From assembly GCA_965112155.1 (NCBI GenBank), contig OZ218106.1: a stretch of 64,000 bases of DNA; one strand, given 5' to 3'. Shown here in pieces: positions 13,601 through 27,171 of the stretch (positions are counted from its first letter, which is position 1; every line of letters starts with the position of its first letter). Under the pieces are notes generated by a model. It saw nothing but the letters and a program-made list of their open reading frames with translations. It had not been told where the DNA came from and did no database searches. The position numbers were made by a program, and so were the translations under genes. The stretch comes from Podarcis liolepis (lineage: Eukaryota).

Positions 13601-13757
13601 GGACTGTTTGTGGAAATTCTTTTTCCCACCAGATTACCAAGTCATGAAAGTCTCAGAAATTCCACAGCCTGGGAAGCCAAGACAAATCCTTGCTTTTGAG
13701 CTCCGTATGAATATCATTGCAGATGCCACTATTGATCTGCTCTTCACAAAAAATAGG
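13601..13757 (+). CDS. BLTP1: BLTP1 exon w9 (DCLWKFFFPPDYQ...DLLFTKNR)
   Basis: ttgtag|G...AGG|gtaaat; ORF 13590..13847. Confidence 0.95.
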
Positions 13758-14329
13758 GTAAATAAGAAAGACATATCTACATGTGAGATCTGGGAATATA
13801 CGTGTATATTTTTTAGATTAGTCTTTCAAATATCATTTCAGTTTTGAAAGATGTCTTCTGAAATAAAATGGAATTTTCTTTGTCATTCTGTTTTTGACTA
13901 TATGTAAATATTCATATCCAATATATTTTGGCTGATCACATAAATCATAACCTACCAAAATATATTACTTAAATTACTAACAATATTTCCACCCGTCTGG
14001 TTGTGAATAAAATTTCACAAAGTGAAATGCTCACCTTGGCGAGGACTGTTGAATCATAACCACTAAATATAGTATGCTGTTCATGAGCAAACATTAATTT
14101 GTCTAGCTGTTATCTGTTGCCGTTCTTATAGCTTCAGATGAATACTCCTCATGCTTTTCTTCAGCTTCATTGAGTTTTTCTTTTACTTTTTAAATGTATA
14201 TCAAGCTTTTAATCAGCTGTGGTCTACTAGTTCCCTTTCATAAATCCTGGAAGTTTCTAAAGTGATAACTTGAGGTGTGATTTAGTCTGAGTTCAAATAA
14301 TCAAAATAATGTCTGATTTTTATTGGCAG

Positions 14330-14408
14330 GAAACTAATGCTGTTCATGTAAACGTTGGAGCAGGCTCTTATTTGGAGGTTAACATTCCCATGACTGTAGC
14401 AGAAGATG
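14330..14408 (+). CDS. BLTP1: BLTP1 exon w10 (ETNAVHVNVGAGSYLEVNIPMTVAEDG)
   Basis: tggcag|GAA...GATG|gtaggt. Confidence 0.95.
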
Positions 14409-14537
14409 GTAGGTTGAGACTGAGAGTGTTTTATGTTGAAATAATTCCAGAAGAGCAGTTACTTGCAGAACCTGGTTCAATAAGATTACATGCGTTAGGG
14501 TTGAGTTTCAGTAATACCAAATAATTTTCTCAAAATA

Positions 14538-14610
14538 ATTCCTGCGTTGGAATGGGTTGGACTAGATGACCCTCATGGTCCCTTTCGAATCTACAGTCTG
14601 TGGATCTATG
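14538..14610 (+). mobile_element. CR1 3'-tail fragment
   Basis: gggttggactagatgaccctcatggtccctttc...ctatg, same tail as the 42506 element. Confidence 0.7.
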
Positions 14611-15095
14611 TCGGTCCACAGCTTGCATTCATTGTTTAAAACTTTTTTTGTTGTTGGCTTCTATACTTTAAGATTTGTGAACTTTAGTTCCAGTGCTATC
14701 TACTTGGGAGTGAGATACAGTTTTACTTTTTAAGTATATGAATGATCTGGAACATTGAAGAACTATCATGCTGATCGTTCTTAATTAATAAGCGATGAAC
14801 TCAAGATATGACGCCTTTGGTTGTATTCTTTGTATTCTTCTTTGCAAATTTCCCTATTGCAAGGACATGATAGATAAAGAAAATTATACTGTGTACTCAT
14901 AAGATGCTCTGCCCCCTTGCAGCATCAGATTATTATTTTTAACTGAGTAGAAGACTGATCTAAAAATCTTAATTTTTAATTCTATCAGTCCATGCTGTGT
15001 GGTTAGCACTGGTAGACTGGAGGGACCACTACATTTTTTAAAAAATGAAGAAAGACATAGCGGCAATTCTTGAATTTTTTGGTTCTGTTTACTAG

Positions 15096-15187
15096 GTTAC
15101 TCTCCTACTATTAAAGGACAGCTTTTGCATATAGATGCCACCAGCAGTATGCAGTTCCGGACTCTCTTAGAAGCAGAAATGTTGGCA
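15096..15187 (+). CDS. BLTP1: BLTP1 exon w11 (GYSPTIKGQLLHIDATSSMQFRTLLEAEMLA)
   Basis: tactag|GT...GCA|gtaagt. Confidence 0.95.
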
Positions 15188-16108
15188 GTAAGTATTTTTT
15201 TGCATAAGCATCTGAGTGATTTCTACTATAATATGCTTTGAAACTTACTTGAATGTAAGGAATTATTGGGGGAAAATGGGGAGTTAAGGGATTTAAAATA
15301 AATTAAACTGGAACCAGTGATTTCAGATGGTCACTTCTTTGGTATGTAGGTTCTAGGCTGCTACATTCTGCATCAGCTGCAGATTTCAGTTTTTGAGAGC
15401 AGCCCCACAGAGACTATGCTGGCTAGGTCTAGCCTGGGTGTATGTTAAGGATTCTTTTCCTTCACTATTATCCTTTCCCGGTCTTCAGAGCACCCACATT
15501 GGACTGCAAAGTAGCAAACCAAACCAAACAGCACAGAGATTCTGATTGTGAAGCTTCTGTATCAGGCTTAGCTTAATCCTGCCTTCTGGAACTTTTCATT
15601 CACTCTGCCTTGCCCACAAAGCCTCTTCTGATCCTTCCGCCAGTGTGAGGATTTGTCACAGACTGTCTTTGTGAACATCCCATCTTGCCAATTTCAGTCT
15701 CTGGAACTTGCTGCACATTTCAAGATACCACACCAGTTCTGCAAAATACTTCATTGTTGCTGCCTCAGAATCTGGTCTTCCAGATTTAGCAGGCTTCTTG
15801 TACAGGGGTGTGTCCTTTTTTTTAATACAAAAAAACTGTAGGTCGAAAGCCGCTTGATATTTTTGCAGTGAAAGCAGATGGCGAAATTACATAGTTTGAG
15901 TTCATTTATTATAGATGTTTTCAGATAAATCATGTGGGAATTGACCTTTTAACTTGACAGACTTAAACATGAGTAAACTGGGTTAACTCTCTCCTCATCT
16001 TAGAAGAAATCATTTTTTAATTACCCATTGATTACATGGTTGTCATTTAATTTTGGCTTTTGATCACCATATTAAGAGTGAATCCTGCTGCTTGTTTATT
16101 TTGTTTAG

Positions 16109-16226
16109 TTTCATATTAATGCCTGCTACCCCCGGATATGGAACATGCCACAGTCATGGCAGTGTGAAGTTGAAGTTTACAAAGCAACCTACCACTTTAT
16201 ATTTGCTCAGAAAAGTTTCTTTTCAG
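16109..16226 (+). CDS. BLTP1: BLTP1 exon w12 (FHINACYPRIWNMPQSWQCEVEVYKATYHFIFAQKSFFS)
   Basis: gtttag|TTT...TCAG|gtaact. Confidence 0.95.
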
Positions 16227-17644
16227 GTAACTGTTCTGTTTTTGTGTACTTTGCTTTTTCAAATGGTATCAACATCAATATGGGGTGTGTTTTTGCATAG
16301 ATGTATGCTTATTCAGAATTGTTACAAATATATACTATTTTCTTGTTCACTCCCTCCTGCTTTAGTCATCAAACCCATCCGTGGAACATTTTTTTATATC
16401 ACAAGAGCATGAAAATACATGCCTGCGTAGCAATTTCAGTAAGGTGGTTTGGGTGCACTGGCCATCTAAATGATTCATGTTTCACAGAAATTCTACTGTC
16501 GTGAAGCATATGTTTGTGTTAAATTAGAAATATTAACAAATCTCTCATCCCTTCAACCCCACCCTTGCCCCCATCCTCCTGGGCCATACAAGCTTGTTGT
16601 TTTGCTTTCTGTTTAATAAGCAAGCACTATTCAAAAGCTCTAAGCAAACAAGGGCAAAACAAAATTAGTAATAGTAACTGACTGTTTACTTTTCAAGTGG
16701 CTGTCTTTTCTGTTACTTTGTAATCCCACAATATTCCATAGAAGTTGAGCTGTGTAAAATTGCAGCTGTGTTTTCAAATTATATTTAATTCTTTTTATAA
16801 TTAAAGGTTTCTGTGAATGCAGCTCATTTCATAAACACCCTAAGCCAAGCATGAAGTTAAAATGAAATAAATGAGAAGCAGAGGTGATTTCCAAAGTCAT
16901 TTTTGCTTCTTTTTGCAAAAAAGGGAAAGAATGTTGGACTACTTTGATTGCATAACATTCAGCACTTGTAATATTTTAAATTTTGATAGCTCATTCAAGT
17001 GTATTATTTCTTGTCTTCCGAAATATACTTATTTAAAACTGAAGTCAAAATTCTAAAATGGAAACAGAACACTAAAACTGACTTTTGCAGTCTATGAGAC
17101 TACTACAAACGTTAAGATTTTTGAAAATGGCCGTTTGGATTAAAGTACTGGGAATGAAGCAAATGAGTATTTCTCTTTCCCACAAATGCCTTCAACTACA
17201 TATTTAAAGTAGTAGAGATGGAGTTTGGTTTGTACAACAGGACATCTTCCTCTCTCCAGATCTGATCCAAAGGGCAGATCTTAAAGATGAATGGGAGGAC
17301 AGGGAGGCAGTGCTGCAGGGAGGGAAGAAAGGATGGGCAAGTCCCATTTTTTTAACTGGCCACTGCTGTATATCACTGTTGCTATTATTGCAGGCATAGA
17401 TGCTTAATTTTTTTTGCAGTGTGGTCCTTTGCATACTTAACTAATCCCATTGAACAAATTGGGATTTATTTCTGAGGGGGGGGGAATGCATAGATTTAAA
17501 CTGCAACAGGGCAGGTTTTTTTTTAGTGCATTATGCAACAGAAAAGGTAAAGAAACTACCTTTTTCATGCAAAAAAATATAATTAGTTTTACAATTGTCT
17601 TTTCCCACTAGTGACTTGCAGTAACATGTCTCCTTTATTTTTAG

Positions 17645-17800
17645 ATTTGATTCAGGACTGGTCTAGTGACAGTGCTCCTGATATCTTCTCATTTGTTCCC
17701 TATTCATGGAATTTTAAAATCATGTTTCATCAGTTTGAAATGATTTGGGCAGCAAATCAGCACAACTGGATTGACTGTTCCACAAAACAACAGGAAAATG
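17645..17800 (+). CDS. BLTP1: BLTP1 exon w13 (DLIQDWSSDSAPDIF...STKQQEN)
   Basis: ttttag|AT...AATG|gtgaga. Confidence 0.95.
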
Positions 17801-19690
17801 GTGAGAATGTTTTAAAGCAGGCATGCTACACTCCTTTCCATATGCAGCAGTAATACATGCTTAACCAAAACAAATTCCTTCTTATCTGAAGATAATATTC
17901 ATCTCCTTTTCCCCTTTAATTGTGAAAAGCCTTTAAATCCCTGATGTAGCAGCGCCATTTGCTAGTTCTACTAATAGATTCCAGTTCCTACAGTCACTAA
18001 ATTTCCACTTTTTCAGTGTAGCTAATTGTATATTTTATAGAGTGCTCCACAGAAAGGGGAAATAAATCAATAGTGATTAACCAGGAAGTATGGATTTGCC
18101 TGCATGGTAGGGTAGCTGTTTCTCATACGTTCATTGGGTGTCCTTTCTCAGGCCTTCCTTAACATTGAGGGTATCGCTTGTCCTTTATTGTCATTTAGAA
18201 AGCAATTGATATTGAAGAGGTATTGACTCATCAAAAGGGGAATGGAAGCAGGTACAAACAAAATTCTAAGATGCCTGTTCTCTTGTTCCAAGTAGGAGCA
18301 TTCCAAAACTCAATGAATTCAGAGGTGACAAGAGTAGCTTATGTGCCGTTTGAATAAGCAGATAGAAATCCATCTGTTTTGACAAAAACCAAAGTCAGGG
18401 ATGACGGGCCCAACCCATGTCCAAGCAGAGGATTTTGGGCACCAGTGTGGCCTGATGATATATTTGACCTGTGCTGCCATTTTCAGGGCTGTGCTTGTAG
18501 TGAGCTCACTGTTTTCGATGCCAGATGACTTTTCTTCAAGGGCAGTGACCATCGTAGGGATGGTTCAGGTTATAGCCTGCCCAAATGTCCTGAATCTATC
18601 AATTGCAAGGATACAGCATGACTGTACATGACTCAGTCATTTGTGGGAGCATCTTGGGCTTCCTGGATACTTTCTCATGCTGAGAAACTGTCCTTTTCCA
18701 GTAGTTGTACTACTCATACTGTTGTTATTGGGAAAAGCTCACAGCTCATCATTCTCTATCTAGTCATTTATAGTCTTAACATATTGGTCTTCATTATGAA
18801 TGATGATGAGTGACTTTTCTCTGCTCTCCGCCCCGCCCTGCCCCCCGCCTTGTTGGTTGTGAGTTTTAAAAATTATTTTCTGGATGAATGCTGTCATATG
18901 TTAAATGATAAATAATGGGAACACTCATATATTTAAAACATGTATGATAGGTTTCGGCTCCATTGCTCTTTGGTGCCACCTGGATTGATGTTACCAGACC
19001 TTCCTTTTCCTCCTCTTGCAGGTGTCTAGTCCCCTTTTGCATTTGATACAGTCCTGCTTTTTTGTTACAGCAGCATGGCTGTGCCATGTGTGGATCAGAA
19101 ATATGCAGGTGACACATTGTTCTCTTAATGATCCACACAGATGTGTTGCTGGGTCTTTAAAAGACACAAATTACCTGCAAGTTGCGTATGCTTATTTATG
19201 TATGTAGATGCAAATCTAGGCCAGTGGGAAAAGTCACTCTGTAAGTAAAGTTTTTTTTAAAGAATAAGTTAGAAAGAAGGGATGGAAGGGCTGGGGCAGA
19301 AGAGATGAGGCTCTGTGCAAAAGACTTTGGGGGGGGGGCCCCTGGGCCACTCTCCATCAATGTGCTTGGTATTGCAGTAAGGAGAAAAGTGGTTGCATCG
19401 AGTGGCTGCTTGAATAAGCTTTCTTTTGAATCTGAGTAAAAATGGGAAAGGCTCTTTCATTATCCATATAAATGATATCTATTGAATTAAATTCTTTCAG
19501 TTTTTCTTCTTGTTCTGTTAACCTTCTGTAGCTGAGTGATACATGTGTGTAATTTGTTTAGGAAGAGGAATGATAAAAAGCTCTTTTTTGTCCTGTCTTA
19601 TATCTGCTGAAGCACCAGTGTGGTCTTTGTTAAGAGAATTTTAACAAATAATTAATATTTGATCCCCCCCTCCATTTTATTTTCTTGCAG

Positions 19691-19788
19691 TTTATGTTGC
19701 AGCCTGTGGGGAAACATTAAACATAGTTTTCTCCTTGCCTTTTACTGACTTTGTTCCAAGCACATGCAGTACTAGATTCTCTTTAAGG
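19691..19788 (+). CDS. BLTP1: BLTP1 exon w14 (VYVAACGETLNIVFSLPFTDFVPSTCSTRFSLR)
   Basis: ttgcag|TT...AGG|gtaagt. Confidence 0.95.
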
Positions 19789-20678
19789 GTAAGTGGCTTT
19801 ACTATTAAAACAATAAATTCCATATGCCTCCTCGTTCTTTGCAAAGAAAACCTGAGCTTTAAAGAAGAAGAATTCATCACAACTGTTCTAAAAAAAATCT
19901 TATTTTTCATTCTTTAGTGCATATTCCCAGTGCTTTTTATCTTTTACTCAGTTATCTCAAAAGACTGTGGCAGTGCTGGTGTGACTAATGTTAAGTAACT
20001 GCATTAGTAATTGAAGGCCAAAACTTTAAATAACTGTTTCTGTTTGGACAATAACTCTTCATAACATGCATATCTTTGGCTAGGCATTTTAATCTCTATT
20101 CTAAAGGCATGCACACAGTGGCAATTGTAGCCTTCAGTTAAATAATAATAATAGAAATACGAAGATTAACAATTTGGAACGATAAGCACAGTGCCTTTTG
20201 TATAGCTTTGAATATATGAGTTTACTAACAGTAGTAGGAAAATGTGGTTATTTGCTTTGCGTTGAATTTATTGAGATTGTTCCAGTGATATGCATTTTCT
20301 TTAATGTAACTGATTTTATCATACATTATGTAATTGTGCAAAACAGTAATAACTCTTTGTAAAAATGTTATGATGTATTATTCCTTCTATAAAATGTTCT
20401 TTAAAAGTGCAAGTTATGTTATTTACTATGAATAAAATAGTAAATTCCCCATTACATTCCTTGAAATTGTTATTCTCTACACTCAGCTTAGATTGGTGAG
20501 AACAGTAGATATGAATTGCGCATGAAAGTAATGTTTTTGTTGCACATGTGTTCAAAAAAGTAATGTACAAAAATGGTATAGGGCAAATACCAGTCCTCAG
20601 GCTAAAAGTATTTTCCATAAAGGTTTGACGCTGTTGTATGGCTATTGTGTAAGTCTTTTATTCATTTTATATTTTCAG

Positions 20679-20857
20679 GGAGAAGGTCTTGATCTTCACT
20701 TACTTCTACCTGACTGCCACCCCAGTAAATATTCTCTTTTTATGCTGGTGAAAGATTGCCATCCTAACAAAGTAAACCCTGAGTCTTGCGTTTCGGCTGA
20801 TAGTCAAAGTGGTCAAAAACCAAGCAAACAAAAGTGGAGGAACTTGACTCAAGAAGA
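20679..20857 (+). CDS. BLTP1: BLTP1 exon w15 (GEGLDLHLLLPDCHPSKY...KWRNLTQE)
   Basis: tttcag|GGA...GAAGA|gtgagt. Confidence 0.95.
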
Positions 20858-20999
20858 GTGAGTTCTGTTTCTCTTACTAAATACAAAAATGTAACAAGGA
20901 GCTAATGTGTTACTATTCATCTAGGTTCTTGTGTTTTCTCTCAGTGTTATAAAATGGTTAATAAAGCAGTCAGCTATCACAAAAATCTTTTATTTGAAG

Positions 21000-21106
21000 G
21001 GCTGGCTGGGTTGAATGCTGGACTGTACCAAGCATTATGCTCACAATTGACTATGTGTGGCATCCAATTTATCCCCAGAAGGCTGATGAACAGTTAAAGC
21101 AGTCAT
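21000..21106 (+). CDS. BLTP1: BLTP1 exon w16 (AGWVECWTVPSIMLTIDYVWHPIYPQKADEQLKQS)
   Basis: ttgaag|G...TCAT|gtaagt. Confidence 0.93.
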
Positions 21107-21424
21107 GTAAGTGCCAACTTTGTTCCTATTATGTTTTAAAATGTTGAAAATGGCAGCTGTTATCATTTTGAAAGAGAAAATAGAGCTTAATCAGAATACT
21201 TTGAATCCAAGCAGTACAGTTCTTATCAAAAGTAGAAGGAAGGTGACCTCAAAGAGGCATTGATTAGCTCGTGTTTCAAGACTTGTGGCCCAAGACTTGT
21301 GTCAGGTAACCAAAGTTAACTAGTTTACTTGTTTGTATTTGTTTTTACATTTTCTAGCAGTAATTATAGCAACAACCCATACTTTGTTCAGTGAATATAT
21401 AGGGTCTAAAAGCATAAAACATGT

Positions 21425-21695
21425 GTTTATTTATTTTATTTAATACAATTTACATGCCACTTGATTATTGTAGGGAAAAACTCAAAGCAGTTTATCCCAA
21501 AAGGTAAAACATTAAAATCATCACTAAAAATTTACAGCTGTAATTTAAAACACACAGGTTAAAAATGCAATAAAACAGACTAAAACAAATTAAAAATCCT
21601 GCAGACTTTCTAAACATCTGGGTAGACTTGTCCAAATAAGAATGTCTTCAGCAGGTGCTGAAAGGAATACAGTGAAGTTGCCTACCTGATATCAA
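21425..21695 (-). mobile_element. Old LINE (L2/CR1-group) 3' fragment
   Basis: (ttta)n tail followed by an A-rich tract and decayed body, typical of antisense squamate LINE 3' ends; family not verified. Confidence 0.4.
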
Positions 21696-21781
21696 ACGTT
21701 AAAGCTTCCTTGAGTTTTTATAACTATAAATCCATAAATGTTTTAGCTTGTTGTGCAAAATTATTTTCATTTACTCCCAAG

Positions 21782-21987
21782 TGTCAGAAATGGAAGAATC
21801 AATCTTATCTGCATCGAGACCATCACAGAAAATGACAGACAGGGGTATATCCCCTTCCGGTTCTTCCCGTCTCCCTGTTGACCCCTCAGAGCTTCCACCA
21901 GACAGACTCCGTGTAGAACTGGAACTCTCTCCAGACTCCCATATAACTTTATATGGGCCTCTTTTGAAAGCCTTCCTTTCTATAAAG
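21782..21987 (+). CDS. BLTP1: BLTP1 exon w17 (LSEMEESILSA...LYGPLLKAFLSIK)
   Basis: cccaag|TG...AAG|gtatga; ORF 21748..21993. Confidence 0.92.
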
Positions 21988-22500
21988 GTATGATGAACTC
22001 GCTGGTCTTACCTTTATTAAAGCACATGGAACAAGCAATGTTTTGATCTATGAGTCATTTTACCGTGTGAAGGAAAGTCTAGATGGTTCTAGCTTGGGGA
22101 ACTGAGTGTGATGTTTCTGTGTAGATATGGGTCAGTGTGTGCTGCCTTTTCATGTGGGTGATAGCAGAAATGTGAGCTGTGCAGTCTACCACCAAGTTTT
22201 AAGTGTTTGCAGTTTGTTCTGTTTTGCTCTAGTATTGGGTACTTTATAAATAATGAATACAGTTTTGTTATTGCCAAATCAGCCTTCCTCGTTGCTTAAA
22301 AAGCTTGGTAATTGGAAGCTTTTCATCTGTGAAGCATATGATAAGATACTTAACCCTGATCATACTAACTATTCATATATAGTTTAAAAATGAAAGCTTG
22401 TTTATTAGTTTAAATGGATTGTGGGATTGGAGCTTTATTGTGGTGTCAAAGGTTTACGTTATGCTCTTTTATGATGTGTTATGCTAATTGGTCCTGCCAG

Positions 22501-22728
22501 GAAAATTATTTCGGTGAAGATGACATGTACACTGATTTTGAGGAAGTGATTTCAAGCCCCGTACTGTCCATGTCAACTTCTTCAAGCTCTGGGTGGACTG
22601 CAGTAGGAGTTGATGCTGACAAAAAGGAGAGCGACACATCAGCCAGACATGCTCACCCCCTCACTTTGCGACCTTGGGATATTACTGTGCTTGTTAATGT
22701 GTACAAAGTGCATGGGCGACTGCCAGTG
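22501..22728 (+). CDS. BLTP1: BLTP1 exon w18 (ENYFGEDDMY...VHGRLPV)
   Basis: tgccag|GAA...GTG|gtaagt. Confidence 0.95.
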
Positions 22729-23795
22729 GTAAGTGCTTTGGGTGCTTTGTTTATCCGCAAGCATCAGATGTGCACTGGGTTGTTTAAAAAAACAAGTACG
22801 CACATAGAAAAAGAGAATTCCTGACTTTGATGTATTGGTCATGTTTGACTTGGGTGTGTCCCTTTAAGTAGTACACACACATCAATAGGAAATATTGTAA
22901 AGGCACATGGCAAAGCAATGTATAGTTCCTTGGACAAACATATCTTATTGAGGTGGGGCAGTTTTTACCTCTTCCTCCCTCCCTCCCTGCTTTCTTTGGT
23001 AATGATGTTGCTGCAGCCACAAGGTTATGGAGAAGCTGCAAATAGCTGCAGCCATTTTAGTAGTGAGTCTCTCACAGAAGCTGTTGGTGCTTCTTCCCCC
23101 TCCATAGGATGCCACACAGCAGTTTTCTGTATTGTGCCAATAATCACATTTATTAATTAGTTCATTATCAAGAGTTCGGTTCTATCTTTCTATAAAATAT
23201 CCCAGATGATCTCTTTCTTTCCGCCAGCTGCTTGTGGAGTATTTTACCAAGCCTTAAACTTGAAAAAAAATGTGCTCTCCCTCCAGGCTTACTGTACAAG
23301 GAAACTTATACCTGTTGGGAAAGACTTTTCTAATAGATGACTAGCTGAATGTTGGCAAGAAGCTAGCTATTAAGAGTTACATGAGCTTTATTTTCCTTGG
23401 GAGCACTCAATGTCAATTCGTCTCTGAGTTGCATTTCAAGACCCATATCAATGGACAGTGTTAAAGTGACATCCCTGTCTCATGTGCGCCCATACATAGA
23501 TGTAGGCATGTGTCACAACCAGAAGCCCACTCTTTCAGATCTTGGCCCTAGAGAGATGGGCCATCATAGGGACATTGCTGCTTGTATTGGGAAAGGGGAG
23601 GGCACAAACTTTCAGCCACACAGCACTCAAGGATCTGCACAAATAGTTAAAATATTATGCTGATTTATGGGATTGAATTACTTCCCTATGTGCTTTGAAG
23701 AGTGTTGCGAGTCCTTTTCGTAATCTGACTATTTGAACAGCTTTGATATTCCATTGAACAACATTTGATGGCATTTTTGGTGTTTTGTACTGCAG

Positions 23796-23933
23796 CACTG
23801 CAACAGTGAGGGCCCTGAATGTCCCACAGCTTTCTTGGAAAGGTTGTGCTTTGAGATGAAAAAAGGATACAAGGAAACTATGTTACAGCTTGTGTTATCA
23901 CCATTGAATTTATTCTTGAATGACAACTATCAG
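23796..23933 (+). CDS. BLTP1: BLTP1 exon w19 (HCNSEGPECPTAFLERLCFEMKKG...NDNYQ)
   Basis: ctgcag|CAC...CAG|gtaaca. Confidence 0.95.
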
Positions 23934-24759
23934 GTAACATGGGTGAATCATTTTCTTGTTAGTTAGTTCAAGCCTTCATGTAAGGTTCTCTATGACTACA
24001 TACTTTCAAAGCTGCTTGAACAACTATTTGTTAATTTGACAAATTGTTTAACAAAATTTATATACTGCTTAACTGTAAATAAAACCTCTAAGCATTTTTT
24101 CCTAAGGGTCAGTCAGTTCTGCTATCCTTTCTTAAATGTGATGTAGCACTGCCTCCTCTCGCCACTGTGTTTACATTTTATGCCTTAAGATACATTAGTG
24201 GTGGCACTGAACTTACAAGTATTCTGTGATAACATTGCGGAAGCAGATGAGATGGAACTTCCCCTTTTCCTCCTTCTCTTTTCAGCTAACTAACTCTGTT
24301 CCCCTTCTATCTGGCCAGTTCTTCACCTTCTGAGCAAATTTCAGGGCACACTGGGTGCTGTAGGGAGGTGGAAAGAAAAGGAAGTCCAGTTCTGCAAATG
24401 GAAGTCCATTGTGCATGAGGGATGACACTATTATATGTCGCTCATTACAACCATGTTTTTTCTCCATAAAGATGTGTTGCTTCAGCAACCTTAACTCATA
24501 TTAATTGTTTTAAACTGTTTATTTTGTTCGCCATAGGTAAACAAAATAAGTAAGAGTCATAAGCATCTTGATCTAATTTGTGCATTTTGACAAAATTATA
24601 GCTTACATGCATCTGATGAACCTATAAACATTTGCTTTTCTATTTCAAAAGAAGAGCAACACTATTGCATAGTTGCAAAATATTAATCCATAGCCAGGTA
24701 AAGCAGGCTTATTTTAGTGGGCTTTCTCCCCCACATGACCAGTCTTTTATTCTTCACAG

Positions 24760-24936
24760 AGGCCCAGTGTGGATGAAGTTCTTCGTGAGGGTCATATGAG
24801 CCTTTCAGGTCTGCAGCTAAGGGCCCATGCTATGTTTTCAGCAGAAGGGCTGCCTCTGGGAGCTGACTCTTTAGAATATGCATGGTTGATTGATGTGCAA
24901 GCTGGGAGCCTGACATCTAAAGTTACAGTTCCACAG
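24760..24936 (+). CDS. BLTP1: BLTP1 exon w20 (RPSVDEVLREGH...KVTVPQ)
   Basis: tcacag|AGG...CAG|gtatgc. Confidence 0.93.
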
Positions 24937-25950
24937 GTATGCCTCATAGCTTTGGATCTGAACGTGTGCACTGTTTTCTTAGCATGAACCAAGCGCCTGA
25001 TCCAAACACGCTAAGCCATATACAGCTCCTATACCTCCTTTCTTCACATGGGCAGAGACGCAAGTCAGGAAGTCCCAGTTAATCATAACTTCCCATTTAA
25101 TGCAATCTAGGAAACTATGGTTAATGGCTTTCAAACAAGCCAGACTATGAAGCCATTATTTAAAGTTGGCTTATGAATCCTGGTTTGCTCGGAAACCATC
25201 AAAACTCATGGTTTGCATGTAATGGAAAGTGTTCGTTGAGTGCAGCTTTCTGGCTTGTTTTCCTGCTCTCATGAAAGGGTGGCATGTGAGTCCCTGAAAC
25301 TTTTGCATATCCTGGCTTTATTAAACTAGGTTATGATTCTGCAAGTTAGGTCACTAATTTTAGGCTTCCTTGCTGTTTTTCTGAAACACCAGATATTGAA
25401 GGGAATATTCACATGATTGTTTCTATCTAAAATGAATTGAAATTCCAAAATGATAATCAAGGGAGGAATTTTAGATAGAGAGAAAGAAGGAAAAGAAAGA
25501 AAGAGAAGTACATGGACTGTAAATGTTGGTCCAGATTTTTAAACCTCAAAATGTTAGACTTAGTTCTTTGTTTATCCACAGTTTAAGAAGAAAAGCATCA
25601 GGAATTTCAAATAGCTTCCACATGCACCTTTGTTTGGTTTGCTTTAATTTACTTGGCTTGGATCCACACAATATATATTTTTTTAAGCCAAGTTCTTTAA
25701 ATCTGACTGAATTAGTAAAACTTAACAAAGGTGGATAAAGCACTGTCAGCTTTTGTGTTCCTTTTTTTCAGGAATCTACTGTAGATAACGTTGAGGTTCT
25801 CATTTGTTCATGGCAGTTTAGGTTCTGATTGCATAGGAGAAAACACCTTGTAAAAAGACTTGAAGAAAGAGGCTTGTGGTGAACTTGCATGTTGAATACA
25901 TTCTTACTTTTTCTATATGAACGTCATCCCCCCCCCCTTTTTATGAAGTA

Positions 25951-26209
25951 CCGTATTTTTCGCTCTATAAGATGCACCAGACCATAAGACGCACCTAGTT
26001 TTGGGAGGAGGAAAACAAGGGGAAAAAAATTCTGAACCCCAGAAGCCAGAACAGCAAGAGGGATCACTGCGCAGTGAAAGCAGCAATCCCTCTTGCTGTT
26101 CTGGCTTCTGGGATAGCTGCACAGCCTGCGTTTGCTCCATAAGATGCACACACATTTCCCCTTACTTTTTAGGAGGGAAAAAGTGAGTCTTATAAAGCAA
26201 AAAATACAG
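25951..26209. mobile_element. CCGTA-terminal Tc1/mariner MITE related to 5343-5799, opposite orientation
   Basis: TA|ccgtatttttcgctctataaga...tcttataaagcaaaaaatacag|TA; subterminal sequence aligns to the 5343 element in reverse complement. Confidence 0.9.
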
Positions 26210-27171
26210 TAGTTAAATGTTGCATGAGAAGCCATTATGTTTAGCACTTCAGTTTCTGTGAAATATATTTTCAGTGAGAACAGCAAAGTTGTTCACAATA
26301 ATACGCTTACTAAAAAGATTTCTCAACAAAGTGCTGCTTCATACTCTCTAGGGATAAGAAGCTTGTTATAACTGAATATATTATGTGTATAAAAACTAGA
26401 ATGGAAAGTCCATAGGCCTCTTTTCCAGCTGAAATTACTTTTTTAAAATTAAAAGTCCAGTTATTTTGTATGTGTATTTTGGCAAATACTTCGACTAACA
26501 TGTGAATCAATACGTTGGTTGTCATGCAACTTAAGCAGCTTTGAACAAGCAGCGTGTTTTTCAATTTTAATGTTCCATTTGTTGATCCTTTCCAGTTTTT
26601 CCTGTGTGCTTCTTTAGTGTGAATATGAAGAGTAGAAGTTATTGGTTGAAGGATTTAAACAAAGAAACAAACCTGGAGTCAAACAAATGCAATTTATAAA
26701 AAGAGGGTGCGATGGGACTTTCACACCTCCTCCTACTCCTCGTTGCAGCCCCTGTCCCATCCTACCTGTTGTGGATAGTCCCCCAAATCTCTGCATCAGA
26801 TATTTGGGAAATGCAGGGGGGCTATGGGGGGGGGGAGCGGTAGGTGAAGCCACCTTTACACAAGCACAAGTCTGTTGTACAAGTGAGTTAAAACTCTATA
26901 GCAAATAGTTGGTAATAATTGTTGACTACACCTGGCAGCTTGCATTCAAAAGCTACCTTGTATGATGCCCTTTCCCTTTTTGCAGACCTAGGATGTATGT
27001 CATTACAACGATAATTATAAGGGCAAGATTTTGAGCTCATTTTGTAGAATCAGTTGCAAGGATCGGAAGCCATGAAAGTTCAGTTTCTTGGGTCATTTTT
27101 CAAATAGTTATGAAAACCTTCAATTTTAATGACTGTTTCACTGTAGTCAACGTGTTCTTACCTTTTTGCAG

